Shown here in pieces: positions 1 to 9,518 of a stretch of DNA of 64,000 nt; within the stretch, counting starts at the first letter, position 1, and each line of letters opens with the position of its first letter. A program made the position numbers and the translations under genes. Source of the DNA: an uncultured Gammaproteobacteria bacterium. Lineage in GTDB: Bacteria; Patescibacteriota; Patescibacteriia; UBA11705; JABHMO01. The notes beneath the pieces were generated by a model that was not told the DNA's origin, ran no database searches, and was given only the letters and a program-made list of their open reading frames with translations. Where the stretch lies: contig CAZPYM010000002.1 of assembly GCA_964590105.1 (NCBI GenBank), positions 218,697-282,696 of the forward strand, read 5' to 3'.

Positions 1-1712
1 TCAATTTGCCAGTAAATTTGGTTATTACTCAGCTTATGAAAAGCGGAATCATGGCCTCGTTAAATCAGCGGATTGATTTTGACACGGCGGCGATCATTGC
101 GGGCGACCTTGGCTATGAGGCGACGCAGATTGACCTCAATGAAAAATTTGATGTTGATAAATCTAAATTAATTTCTGATACAATTGCCGCTGAAAAAAAA
201 GAAACATTGGTAAATAGAGCTCCGATTGTAGTGGTCATGGGACATGTGGATCATGGCAAAACCAAACTCCTCGATGCTATCAGAAAAACTGACGTGGTCG
301 GGGGCGAGGCAGGCGGAATTACCCAGCACATTGGCGCTTATCAGGTGACGCGGCAAAATAGATTAATAACTTTCATTGATACTCCGGGTCATGAAGCTTT
401 TACGGCAATGCGTTCGAGGGGAGCCAAAGTGGCGGACGTGGCAATTTTAGTTGTCGCCGCGAACGAAGGTGTTAAGCCGCAAACGATTGAAGCGTTGAAA
501 ATTGCGCAAGAAGCCGATATCCCGATTTTAGTGGCGGTAAATAAAATAGATTTGCCGGATGCCAATCCTGAAAAAGTAAAACAAGAGTTAGCAAAATATA
601 ATTTAATGACAGAGGAATGGGGCGGCAAGACAATTTTCGTGGAAATTTCCGCCAAGTTTAATAAAAACATTGAAGCTGTTTTGGAAAATGTTTTATTGCT
701 CGCGGACATGAACCAGGACAGATTGAAAGCAAATCCGGCAGGAGAATTTGTGGGTAGTGTTATTGAGTCTCACGTAGATTCTGGCGCTGGACCGGTCGCG
801 ACTGTGCTGGTTCGCAATGGAACATTGCGCGTTGGCGATTATTTGGTGATTAGCGGCGTACTATATGGAAAAATTAGAGGCATGAAAAATTATCGCGGCA
901 GAGAATTGCAAGTAGCGGGGCCCGCGGTACCGGCCAGAATTTTGGGTCTGAAAGTGGCTCCCAAAGTCGGCGATGTGTTGGAGGCAGTAGATGATCCCAA
1001 AAAAGCGAAAAAATCAAAGACCTACCGAATGCAACAGGAAGAAACATTTATTAAACAAAAATTAGTTGAAGAAAATGGCGATCAGGATAGTGCAGACATA
1101 ACAAAATTGAATATAATTTTGCGTACGGATGTCCTTGGGTCGCAAGAAGCGATTATTGAATCATTAAAAAAATTTGAAACAGCGGATATTAAAATTGATA
1201 TAGTTTCAAAAGGACTGGGTAGAATTACTGAGAATGACGTGCTAAGTGCAGAATCAACCGGCGCCATGTTATTGGGATTTAATGTTTTGCCAAGTCAGCA
1301 GGCCGAAAGATTGGCTCAAGATAAAAAAGTAGCAATTCAAACATACAAAATTATTTATGAATTGATTGATGCGGTGAAAAAGGGTTTGCGTCAATTAATT
1401 AAACCAAAAGTCATCAGACGCGACTTGGGTAAGGTCACGGTACTTGCGATATTTAAAAAAACCAATGACTTACAAGTGGTCGGCGGCAAGGTTAAAGATG
1501 GCAGAATAGAACCGGGCGCAAAAGTCGCGGTATTGCGCCAAGAAGCTTTCATTACATCAGGCAAGATTACTGGACTCCAAGTCGGCAAGCAGGAAGTAAA
1601 AGATTGTGTAAAGGGGCAAGAGTGCGGGATAAAGTTTGTCGGGCAGCCTCTGATTGAAGTCGGCGATGTTTTGGATGTTTATCAGGAGGAGGAGAAATAT
1701 AAGAAAATATAA
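1..1712 (+). CDS. infB: translation initiation factor IF-2. The ORF is open to the window edge, so the 5' end is probably truncated.
   Basis: G-domain motifs VMGHVDHGKTKLLD, DTPGHEAF and NKID are present, preceded by an IF2_N-like segment. Confidence 0.9.
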   Translation, partial: NLPVNLVITQLMKSGIMASLNQRIDFDTAAIIAGDLGYEATQIDLNEKFDVDKSKLISDTIAAEKKETLVNRAPIVVVMGHVDHGKTKLLDAIRKTDVVGGEAGGITQHIGAYQVTRQNRLITFIDTPGHEAFTAMRSRGAKVADVAILVVAANEGVKPQTIEALKIAQEADIPILVAVNKIDLPDANPEKVKQELAKYNLMTEEWGGKTIFVEISAKFNKNIEAVLENVLLLADMNQDRLKANPAGEFVGSVIESHVDSGAGPVATVLVRNGTLRVGDYLVISGVLYGKIRGMKNYRGRELQVAGPAVPARILGLKVAPKVGDVLEAVDDPKKAKKSKTYRMQQEETFIKQKLVEENGDQDSADITKLNIILRTDVLGSQEAIIESLKKFETADIKIDIVSKGLGRITENDVLSAESTGAMLLGFNVLPSQQAERLAQDKKVAIQTYKIIYELIDAVKKGLRQLIKPKVIRRDLGKVTVLAIFKKTNDLQVVGGKVKDGRIEPGAKVAVLRQEAFITSGKITGLQVGKQEVKDCVKGQECGIKFVGQPLIEVGDVLDVYQEEEKYKKI

Positions 1713-1738
1713 AATTTGATGTTGGTACGCAGTATAGA

Positions 1739-1830
1739 GATGCCGGATTAGAACAGGGAAGTTTGAAGTCGGCGTTAGAGCATAGATAAGAAATCCGGGT
1801 TCTGGTCCCGGCATCAGACATCCCATTTTT
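1739..1830 (+). terminator. Long imperfect hairpin plus T-run downstream of infB; candidate terminator.
   Basis: gatgccggattagaac...gttctggtcccggcatc inverted repeat followed by ccatttttt. Confidence 0.3.
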
Positions 1831-1940
1831 TAACCCGTATCCTGGTGCCGCGTACTTACATGTTTTTTCAACAGGCAGACTTGACAAAAGTTTGTTTTTT
1901 TGTTTAATTTAATTTGGAGAGTCCTTGTGGAAAAGTAGAT

Positions 1941-1968
1941 TTGACAGGCAATATGGATATGCTAAAAT
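1941..1968 (+). promoter_or_regulatory. sigma70-like promoter: TTGACA, 16-nt spacer, TAAAAT.
   Basis: ttgacaggcaatatggatatgctaaaat lies upstream of the RHH/trxA genes. Confidence 0.4.
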
Positions 1969-2010
1969 GTGTAATACATTGTAATACAATAATAATTGAC
2001 AAATATTTGT

Positions 2011-2151
2011 ATGCGTTGCATAGTTACCCTTTCTTTGCCAGAAGACCTTTGTCGGGAAGTGGAAAAACAAATGAAAAAACATAAGTTCTCTTCAAAGAGC
2101 GAGTTTATGCGGCATATTTTGCGCTATTGGCTCGAGAAAAATAAAAAATAA
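2011..2151 (+). CDS. small ribbon-helix-helix (CopG/Arc-like) DNA-binding protein, 46 aa. It is below the ORF-track size cutoff.
   Basis: Translation MRCIVTLSLPEDLCREVEKQMKKHKFSSKSEFMRHILRYWLEK. This reads as an RHH beta-strand (VTLSLPEDL) followed by helices (SEFMRHILRYWLE). Confidence 0.5.
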   Translation: MRCIVTLSLPEDLCREVEKQMKKHKFSSKSEFMRHILRYWLEKNKK

Positions 2152-2219
2152 CAAGAACGCGGTCGGAGATGTGCGCAAATTTTTTTTTGCGGATAATCAG
2201 CCGAGCGTTGTATGTTTTT

Positions 2220-2537
2220 ATGGAGTTGAATGATCAAAACTTTGAAAGTGAAGTATTAAGCTACAAAGACGGACCAGTCTTGGTGGATTTTTTTGCGACT
2301 TGGTGTGGGCCATGCCAAATGCTGGCGCCGATTATTGAAGAATTGTCAAAAGAAATGGCGGGGACCGCGGCGAAAATTTTTAAATTAAATGTTGATGGAA
2401 GCAATAATACCGCCGGCAAATACGGCGTGATGAGCATTCCTACATTGATTTTTTTCAAAAACGGCGAACCGGTGGAAACCTTGAACGGCTTGCAGAATAA
2501 GGAAGTGCTAAAGGGAAAACTCAAAGCGTTGCTGTAG
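2220..2537 (+). CDS. trxA: thioredoxin
   Basis: WCGPC active site and thioredoxin fold. Start is at the internal Met MELNDQ; the ORF-track start at 2169 is probably too early. Confidence 0.9.
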   Translation: MELNDQNFESEVLSYKDGPVLVDFFATWCGPCQMLAPIIEELSKEMAGTAAKIFKLNVDGSNNTAGKYGVMSIPTLIFFKNGEPVETLNGLQNKEVLKGKLKALL

Positions 2538-2543
2538 AAAGTG

Positions 2544-2649
2544 GCGAATTAGCGAATTGGCGAATTAGGTGCCTGTGGCGGGAATTAACGGATTGAAGAT
2601 AGCGAATTAAGTTAACTAAGCGAATTTCAAATCGCTCAATCGCTCAATC
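2544..2649. repeat. Intergenic array of GCGAATT-like heptamers (3 tandem copies plus about 3 dispersed) ending in inverted aatcgctcaatcgctcaatc.
   Basis: ggcgaattagcgaattggcgaattagg ... agcgaattaag ... agcgaatttcaaatcgctcaatcgctcaatc lies between trxA and trxB. Confidence 0.6.
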
Positions 2650-2685
2650 TCTTAATTCGGTTGATTAATTTAATTAACTTTTTTT

Positions 2686-3654
2686 ATGAATAAATACGAT
2701 GTCATAATAATCGGCGGCGCTTGCGCCGGACTATCTGCGGCAATATATACGGCGCGACGCGAATTAAAAACAGTTGTTTTGACAAAAGATGTTGGAGGGC
2801 AGCTCGCAATTACAGCGGATGTGGAAAATTACCCGGGGTTTGTCAGTATCAAGGGACCTGAATTGGCTTTGAAATTCAAAGAGCAGGCTGAAAAATCAGG
2901 CGCGGAAATTAAATACGCCGAAGTCGCTGAAATTCAAAAAAAAGATTCCGGCTACATTGTAAAAACCAAAGATGAGGAATTCGAAACAGTGGCGATTATT
3001 TTGGCTTTTGGCTTGAAACAGCGGCAACTCGGCGTTCCGGGTGAAAAAGAATTAATTGGCAAAGGCGTGGCTTATTGCGCGACTTGCGACGGGCCGTTAT
3101 TCCGAGGAAAAAACGTGGCTGTGGTTGGCGGCGGCAACAGCGCTTTTGACGCGGCGGAATATTTATCAACGTTGGCAAAAAAAGTATATCTGTTTGCGAG
3201 GCGCGATGTTTATCGGGCGGAAGATGTGGTTGTCGATGCGGTCAAAGCCAGGTCAAACATTGAAATAATGAACTTCACGGAAGTTGGAGCGTTTATCGGC
3301 CAACAAAAGCTTGAAAAAGTTCAGCTTATCAATAATCAGACCAAAGGGAAAAGTGAATTGGAATTAGACGGCGTGTTTATTGAGATCGGTTGGGAAAGTC
3401 AATTGAAAAAAATCGCCGGACTTGAGAATTTAGTCGAGGCAAATGAACGAGGCTTTGTTATTGTTGACAATGATGCGAAAACTTCAGCGCCCGGAATTTT
3501 TGCGGCGGGCGATGTGACTAATACGCCATTCAAACAAGCTGTGATTTCCGCCGGCGATGGAGCGAGAGCGGCCATGAGCGCGGCTGTTTATATTCAGCGG
3601 GCGAGAGGCAAGGAAATTGGCGACGCTTTTGTTGATAGGGCGAAGAGGCGATAA
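2686..3654 (+). CDS. trxB: thioredoxin reductase (NADPH)
   Basis: FAD motif IIGGACAG, redox CATC (AYCATCDG) and NAD motif VVGGGNSA. Confidence 0.9.
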   Translation: MNKYDVIIIGGACAGLSAAIYTARRELKTVVLTKDVGGQLAITADVENYPGFVSIKGPELALKFKEQAEKSGAEIKYAEVAEIQKKDSGYIVKTKDEEFETVAIILAFGLKQRQLGVPGEKELIGKGVAYCATCDGPLFRGKNVAVVGGGNSAFDAAEYLSTLAKKVYLFARRDVYRAEDVVVDAVKARSNIEIMNFTEVGAFIGQQKLEKVQLINNQTKGKSELELDGVFIEIGWESQLKKIAGLENLVEANERGFVIVDNDAKTSAPGIFAAGDVTNTPFKQAVISAGDGARAAMSAAVYIQRARGKEIGDAFVDRAKRR

Positions 3655-3716
3655 ATAATGAATAATGAATAATCCATTTGAAAATGCAATTAAATAATTG
3701 AAATATTTAATGTTTT

Positions 3717-5006
3717 ATGGAAGAAAAAAAACAACAAATTTTGGATTACCATTCACAGCCAAAGCCAGGAAAGGTTTCGGTTATTCCGACTAAGCCTTGC
3801 ACAACAGCAAGGGAATTATCTTTAGCTTATACTCCGGGAGTGGCATTGCCATGTTTGGAAATTAAAAAAAATCCTGATGACGCATATCAATATACGGCTA
3901 AGGGAAATTTAGTAGCCGTGATTAGTAACGGCACCGCCGTTTTGGGATTGGGAAATATTGGCGCTTTAGCTTCAAAGCCGGTGATGGAAGGGAAAGGCGT
4001 TTTGTTTAAGCGCTTTGCCGGTGTGGACGTGTTTGATCTTGAGATTGATCAGACGGATCCTGACAAATTCATTGAAACAGTGCTCTCCCTGGCGCCAACC
4101 TTTGGCGGAATCAATCTCGAAGACATCAAGGCGCCGGAATGTTTTTATATAGAAGAGCGGTTAATTGAAAAAATGAATATTCCGATATTTCATGATGATC
4201 AGCATGGGACAGCAGTAATTATTGCGGCCAGCTTAATGAATGCGCTGGAAATAACCGGGAAAAAAATTGACCAGATTAAAATAATTTTTTCTGGAGCCGG
4301 AGCGGCGGCAATTGCCTGCGCGAATTTTTTGCTTGACATTGGCGCCTTAAAAGAAAATATTTTTATGTTTGACAGCAAGGGATTGTTGTTTGAAGGGAGG
4401 CTGTTTGAATTAAATAAATACAAAGCGAAGTTTATTCAAAAAAATGAGCAGTCCTTGACTGAGGCTATGAAAGCGGCCGATGTTTTTATCGGAGTTTCCA
4501 AAGGTAATTTAATTTCTCCTGAAATGCTGAAAGGAATGGCGGCTCAACCGATTGTTTTTGCCATGGCTAATCCAACGCCGGAAATCTCCTATGATTTGGC
4601 AAAGCAAACAGTCCCCGACATTATCATGGCTACCGGCGGAAGCGATTTTCCAAATCAGGTAAATAATGTGTTGGGGTTCCCGTTTATTTTTCGCGGCGCG
4701 CTGGATGTTCGGGCCAGGACAATAAACAAGCAGATGAAATTAGCGGCGGCAAAAGCTTTGGCTAGATTGGCGCATGAACCGGTTGTTGAAGAAGTTACAA
4801 AGGCTTATGGTAAAAGCTTTTCTTTCGGTCCTGACTATATTATTCCCAAACCGTTTGATCCGCGAGCATTATCTCGTGTTGCCACGGCTGTTGCCAAGGC
4901 GGCAATAGAAAGCGGCGTTGCCCGAAAACAAATTAATGATTTTCCTCAATATACGCGAGACTTAGAAGCTTTAGCAATCAAATTGGCGCAGGGAGTATTT
5001 ATTTAA
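3717..5006 (+). CDS. NAD(P)-dependent malic enzyme (short prokaryotic form)
   Basis: [43 protein letters not shown] and the rest of the malic-enzyme NAD-binding region match from memory. Confidence 0.8.
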   Translation: MEEKKQQILDYHSQPKPGKVSVIPTKPCTTARELSLAYTPGVALPCLEIKKNPDDAYQYTAKGNLVAVISNGTAVLGLGNIGALASKPVMEGKGVLFKRFAGVDVFDLEIDQTDPDKFIETVLSLAPTFGGINLEDIKAPECFYIEERLIEKMNIPIFHDDQHGTAVIIAASLMNALEITGKKIDQIKIIFSGAGAAAIACANFLLDIGALKENIFMFDSKGLLFEGRLFELNKYKAKFIQKNEQSLTEAMKAADVFIGVSKGNLISPEMLKGMAAQPIVFAMANPTPEISYDLAKQTVPDIIMATGGSDFPNQVNNVLGFPFIFRGALDVRARTINKQMKLAAAKALARLAHEPVVEEVTKAYGKSFSFGPDYIIPKPFDPRALSRVATAVAKAAIESGVARKQINDFPQYTRDLEALAIKLAQGVFI

Positions 5007-5015
5007 TGATTTTTT

Positions 5016-6302
5016 ATGAATAATCCATTTGAAAACGCAATTAAACAATTAGAAAAAGCGGCGCAGGTTATTAATTTAGATGCGCAAGTTTTAGAATTAT
5101 TAAAAATCCCGGATCGAATTTTGCAAGTTAAATTGCCCGTTAAAATGGACGATGGTAGTTTGAAAATATTTGAAGGCTACCGCGTCCAGCACAATAATTG
5201 GGCCGGCCCATACAAAGGCGGACTTCGATATTACCCAACAGTTGATCTGGACGAAGTAAAAGCTTTAGCTTTATGGATGACGATTAAATGCGCTGTTGCC
5301 GGTATTCCAATGGGGGGCGGCAAGGGCGGCGTTACAGTTAACCCAAAAGAATTGAGTGAAGGTGAATTAGAAAGACTTAGTCGTGAGTTTGGCAAAGCCT
5401 TGGCTCCGAATATTGGGCCAAAAGTCGATGTTCCGGCTCCGGATGTTTATACCAATTCGCAAATTATGAATTGGGTTAAAGAATCATATCGGGAAAATAA
5501 AATTAAGGAAAATGGTTTTGAAGAAACGGAAAAACAAAAAAAAGAGTTTGAAGCAGTTATTACCGGAAAAGCACTTGGCCAGGGTGGCAGTTTGGGTCGT
5601 GATCGAGCCACGGCGATGGGTGGGTTTTATGTTTTGCAAGCCATGATGGAGACGCGATTAATCGCGTCTTTACAGCCCACGGTCGCGATTCAGGGATTTG
5701 GCAATGCCGGTTCGGTGATGGCCGAGCTTTGTTATGCCGCCGGGTACAAGGTGGTGGCTGTTTCTGATTCGCAAGGCGGGATTTATGATTCTGAAGGATT
5801 GGATATAAAAAGGGTCATTGAACAAAAGAAATCCACAGGACAAATCAAGGGGCTAGAGGGGATAACGGAGATAACAAATGAACAGTTGCTTGAACTAGAA
5901 GTAGACGTTTTGGTGCCGGCAGCCTTAGAGAATGTTATTACCAAAGATAATGCAGAAAATGTTAAAGCCAAGTTTATTGTTGAATTAGCCAATGGACCAA
6001 TAACGCCGGAAGCGGATGAGATATTGGCTAAAAATGGGATAAAATCAGTACCTGATGTGCTGGCTAATTCGGGTGGAGTGACAGTAAGTTATTTCGAATG
6101 GCAGCAAAATATGGAAGATGCGTATTGGACAGAAGAACAGGTTTTTGACAAGCTGAAACAAATCATTGTGCCGGCATTTCACGAGATTTGGCAGATTCAC
6201 AAAGACCGGGGAATTGACCTGCGCACGGCGGCTTTTGTCAGGGCACTGGAAAGATTGAAAGGACTATGGTATAATAAAGATGTTAGTAAGACTAATAATT
6301 AA
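5016..6302 (+). CDS. gdhA: glutamate dehydrogenase
   Basis: GPYKGGLRYYP and GIPMGGGKGG motifs of the Glu/Leu/Phe/Val dehydrogenase family. Confidence 0.85.
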   Translation: MNNPFENAIKQLEKAAQVINLDAQVLELLKIPDRILQVKLPVKMDDGSLKIFEGYRVQHNNWAGPYKGGLRYYPTVDLDEVKALALWMTIKCAVAGIPMGGGKGGVTVNPKELSEGELERLSREFGKALAPNIGPKVDVPAPDVYTNSQIMNWVKESYRENKIKENGFEETEKQKKEFEAVITGKALGQGGSLGRDRATAMGGFYVLQAMMETRLIASLQPTVAIQGFGNAGSVMAELCYAAGYKVVAVSDSQGGIYDSEGLDIKRVIEQKKSTGQIKGLEGITEITNEQLLELEVDVLVPAALENVITKDNAENVKAKFIVELANGPITPEADEILAKNGIKSVPDVLANSGGVTVSYFEWQQNMEDAYWTEEQVFDKLKQIIVPAFHEIWQIHKDRGIDLRTAAFVRALERLKGLWYNKDVSKTNN

Positions 6303-6309
6303 TAAAACT

Positions 6310-6567
6310 ATGGTCAGGAAATTGAACCCGGCTTTGAAAAAGCCATTAAAGTTAACAGCAGAATTGGAAGCAGTCGTTGGAAAAGGTCCGTTACCTAGAT
6401 TTGAAGTAGTGAAAAAGCTTTGGGCTTACATCAAGAAGCATGATCTTCAGAACCCAAAGAACAAAAGGAACATTATTGCCGACGCCGCACTGTTAAAAGT
6501 TTTTGGCGGCAAAAAAGAAGTCAACATGTTTGAAATGACAAAGATCGTTTCAAAGCACATGAGCTAA
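6310..6567 (+). CDS. SWIB/MDM2-domain protein
   Basis: AVVGKGPLPRFEVVKKLWAYIKKHDLQNPKNKRNIIADAALLKVFGGKKEVNMFEMTKIVSKH is the canonical SWIB domain pattern. Start is taken at the internal Met. Confidence 0.7.
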   Translation: MVRKLNPALKKPLKLTAELEAVVGKGPLPRFEVVKKLWAYIKKHDLQNPKNKRNIIADAALLKVFGGKKEVNMFEMTKIVSKHMS

Positions 6568-6588
6568 AATTTTTTCTGAAATACGAAC

Positions 6589-6651
6589 AAGGGCTCCCGC
6601 GAGGGGGCTTTTGTGATAAGAAAAAACCTGGGGTTTGACCTCAGGTTTTTT
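6589..6651. terminator. Two adjacent hairpins, one with A-run/T-run flanks; bidirectional terminator between convergent genes.
   Basis: gggctcccgcgagggggctttt and aaaaaacctggggtttgacctcaggtttttt. Confidence 0.6.
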
Positions 6652-6669
6652 GAATTAATCATTTCGTGT

Positions 6670-6891
6670 TTAGTTATTTTCTTGTGCTTCTTCTTGGGTA
6701 ATTGTCATCTCAACATCAAACCATAGTCTATGCCATCCATGGCTAAATAACCCATCATTTAAAGATCTTTCAAATAATTCAGCCAAGCTTATCTTTTCTC
6801 TTTCGGCTGTATAATTTAAGCAATCAAATATTCCAGCTTCATCTTCCGGTTCCTTAATTTTTATAGTTATAATTCGTTTTGGTTGTGTCAT
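6670..6891 (-). CDS. hypothetical protein (73 aa)
   Basis: ORF with a terminator downstream; first of five small minus-strand genes. Confidence 0.4.
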   Translation of the reverse strand: MTQPKRIITIKIKEPEDEAGIFDCLNYTAEREKISLAELFERSLNDGLFSHGWHRLWFDVEMTITQEEAQENN

Positions 6892-6997
6892 TTTTTTCTC
6901 CTTTTTTTTTCGCTTATATTCTTTGTTGTCTTTTTACCGGCGAAAGTTTATGCCGGGCAGAATAATGATTAATTCATTTTCTGTTACCGCCTTGATT

Positions 6998-7315
6998 TCA
7001 ATTGATTTCCTCGGCTGAATGGATATGTAGCGTTATTCGATATTCACCGAAACACCAGATAGCGTGGCGATATATAGTTGCCCATATGTCTTTTTCGGGA
7101 GATGCATCCATTACGATTTGAAAGTCACATATGCATTTGGGTTCATAAGTTTTTAGGTCTTGTGAGTTAGCAGAGTCGGAGTACCACAACGTATAATTTT
7201 CGGGACCACTCGCCACAATGCGTTTCACATGCAATAGTTCGATCGTACTTTCACTGCAAGAGGTGAGGCAAAGAATTGCGAAAACTAACCAGGTCAATCT
7301 TTTTATTTTATTCAT
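6998..7315 (-). CDS. putative lipoprotein (105 aa)
   Basis: N-terminal MNKIKRLTWLVFAILCLTSCSE contains a lipobox (LTSC). Confidence 0.45.
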   Translation of the reverse strand: MNKIKRLTWLVFAILCLTSCSESTIELLHVKRIVASGPENYTLWYSDSANSQDLKTYEPKCICDFQIVMDASPEKDIWATIYRHAIWCFGEYRITLHIHSAEEIN

Positions 7316-7638
7316 TGTGCCTCCCTCGCTGGTTTCTTTTGTAGTATCAGTTCAATCAGTGCACTTATCAATATAGCTGCAATTATTGTAACTATGATAG
7401 CGATTATCGGTATGAGTTTTGATTCCAATCCCCAAAGTTCCATGCCGAATTGAATACCGCAAAGGCACATTCCAATAGAGCTGAGGTCAAAAGCTTTTCC
7501 CCATTTAATATCGTTTCCGTTTATCGGTTTTCCTTTTTCCCTTCTTCCGCTCGCCAAAATGTTGACAATGGCAATGGGAAGAGCCAGTATTAGCCAGAAA
7601 TAAAACCAGAACATAAATACCTCCTTGTTGTTTGTCAA
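7312..7638 (-). CDS. small membrane protein (2-3 TM)
   Basis: Hydrophobic helices; overlaps the downstream gene by 4 nt, suggesting translational coupling. Confidence 0.4.
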   Translation of the reverse strand: MTNNKEVFMFWFYFWLILALPIAIVNILASGRREKGKPINGNDIKWGKAFDLSSIGMCLCGIQFGMELWGLESKLIPIIAIIVTIIAAILISALIELILQKKPAREAQ

Positions 7639-7655
7639 TCAGAGAATAAATTGTT

Positions 7656-8120
7656 TTATTTAGTGGGGACATATAGTTTTATCCCTCGCCAGTCGATTTG
7701 AATAGGTAATCCTTTTAGCGCAGGATCAATTCCAAGTTCGTCAATTTCGTCTTCTGAAATTATTCCATTGCATTCTATCCATTGCCATGTGCGAGCCTTT
7801 AGATATTCTTTCCTTGGCGCATCAAGAAGTTCTTCTAGAAAATTATTATCGTTCATAATTCGTTCAATGTCATTGCTACTCAGCGGTTTTAAATGAATCC
7901 AGTTTGGGCCATTTTGAGCCATGCCGAAACCTGGACAGACAAGGTAGCTGCCGATGTCAATTATTTCACCTTCAAGAGTTTGGATCGGAGTTGTAACCTC
8001 GATCAGCGCGCCACACGGCGGAGCGGTATTTGGGCAATCACTGCTAAATAGTTTTCGTAAATGCGCGGCAATTGGGTCAAAGTAAGCAGGAATCGCTTGG
8101 GGGGTGCTGATGTCTGTCAT
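7656..8120 (-). CDS. hypothetical cytoplasmic protein (154 aa)
   Basis: Intact ORF in an operon-like array; no motif recognised. Confidence 0.4.
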   Translation of the reverse strand: MTDISTPQAIPAYFDPIAAHLRKLFSSDCPNTAPPCGALIEVTTPIQTLEGEIIDIGSYLVCPGFGMAQNGPNWIHLKPLSSNDIERIMNDNNFLEELLDAPRKEYLKARTWQWIECNGIISEDEIDELGIDPALKGLPIQIDWRGIKLYVPTK

Positions 8121-8162
8121 CTTTGTTTCCTCCTGTTGTTTGTTGTCGTTTATGGCTATAAT

Positions 8163-8429
8163 TTATAGCCTGTCCCAAAATGCTTTTAATGGATTATATA
8201 ATTTTGTAATCGGTTGAGGCGGTTTTATACTCATCAATGTTATCCCGAAAATTATTATGCCTAGGAGGCACCATGCAGATAAAAGATACATTATGAGTAC
8301 GGGGACAAAAATTAGGAAAGCGTAGGTCTTGTCTGTTAAGTAGCCGATACAAAAAAAGAATGTCCCGATTGCGCTGAAAAGAAAGATCAGTTTACTGAGT
8401 TTTCTAATGTAAGATTTGCATTCTTCCAT
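8163..8429 (-). CDS. small membrane protein (88 aa, 2 TM)
   Basis: Two hydrophobic helices; heads the small-gene array. Confidence 0.4.
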   Translation of the reverse strand: MEECKSYIRKLSKLIFLFSAIGTFFFCIGYLTDKTYAFLIFVPVLIMYLLSAWCLLGIIIFGITLMSIKPPQPITKLYNPLKAFWDRL

Positions 8430-8565
8430 GGCGGATCTCCTCGGTTGTCAATGAGCAAGTTATTGTAAAGTATCAATTGTAGAAGATTTCGTAAAGGGAG
8501 TGTTACAAGTGTTTATCTTAAAATTAAACAAAACATTACGATTATTTATACTTTGTAAAATCGTA

Positions 8566-8594
8566 TTGACACAAAACAATAAGGTTGTTATCAT
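8566..8594 (+). promoter_or_regulatory. sigma70-like promoter: TTGACA, 17-nt spacer, TATCAT.
   Basis: ttgacacaaaacaataaggttgttatcat lies upstream of the TrmB-like gene. Confidence 0.4.
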
Positions 8595-8712
8595 TAAATT
8601 AACGCATCCCTTTCCTAGCCGCCGTTGGCGGTAGGGTGCGATGTGGGTGAGCAACAAACAGCTTAACTCTCAAGCTAAAGCGGTGAGGTAATTCACAATT
8701 AAATATTGTATT

Positions 8713-9486
8713 ATGAATAATGAACAACTTCTAAATAAGGCAGGTCTTGATGAAACCGAGTCCAAAGTTTATTTGGCTCTTTTGCAATTAGGACCGGCAA
8801 CAGTTAGCGAAATTACCCAGAAGGCCGAAGTTACCAGAACACTGGGTTATCATGTTTTAAATAAATTGGGGATATACGGCTTGGTTGATCAAACTTCGGG
8901 GCATGGACAAAAAGTGGTTTACAGCGCCGAGCATCCTCAGCGGTTAGTTCAATTTGTAAAAAATAAAAAAAATAAGTGGGAACGTAATCTAAAAGAAATT
9001 GAACAGAATTTGCCTGATTTAGTTTTATTGTTTAAGATAGCAGAAAAGCCGACTATTCGTTATCAGCAAGGCGTTGAAGGTTTAAAAAATATTTATGAAG
9101 AAACGTTAGCTTCAACTACGGAAATTTTATCCATTCTTGACGTGGAAGGTTGGGCTAAGCCGGAATTTAAAAATTGGGGAGAGAATTATAATTTTGAACG
9201 GAGTAAACGCAAAATTCATGAGAAAGTTTTACTCTTGGCCACCGAGGTGGCGCGTGATTGGATGAAGAATTTTAAGGGTTCATTTAAATACACTGAATAT
9301 CGTTGGATAAATAAAGAAGAATTGCCGGGGATTGAAGATTTTGGCGGTGAAATAAATATTTACGAAAATAAAGTTGTTATGGCGTTATTAAAACCCGTGC
9401 CAATGGGCGTGATAATAGAAAGTAGGGCATTGGCCAATTTGTTGCGCGGACTGCACAGCCTTGCATGGAACGCTAAAAAAAGTTAG
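8713..9486 (+). CDS. TrmB-family HTH transcriptional regulator (paralog 1 of 4)
   Basis: N-terminal LDETESKVYLALLQLGPATVSEITQKAEVTRTLGYHVLNKLGIYGLV is a TrmB-type winged HTH. Confidence 0.65.
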   Translation: MNNEQLLNKAGLDETESKVYLALLQLGPATVSEITQKAEVTRTLGYHVLNKLGIYGLVDQTSGHGQKVVYSAEHPQRLVQFVKNKKNKWERNLKEIEQNLPDLVLLFKIAEKPTIRYQQGVEGLKNIYEETLASTTEILSILDVEGWAKPEFKNWGENYNFERSKRKIHEKVLLLATEVARDWMKNFKGSFKYTEYRWINKEELPGIEDFGGEINIYENKVVMALLKPVPMGVIIESRALANLLRGLHSLAWNAKKS

Positions 9487-9518
9487 ATTTAACGTACTAA
9501 AATTGAACTTGGATTAGT

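Noticed and set aside
1391-1887. Minus-strand ORFs overlapping the infB 3' end and downstream hairpin (1391-1588, 1557-1826, 1567-1887)
   Set aside because: They are antisense to a strongly supported IF-2 gene and to its terminator hairpin, with no independent signals.
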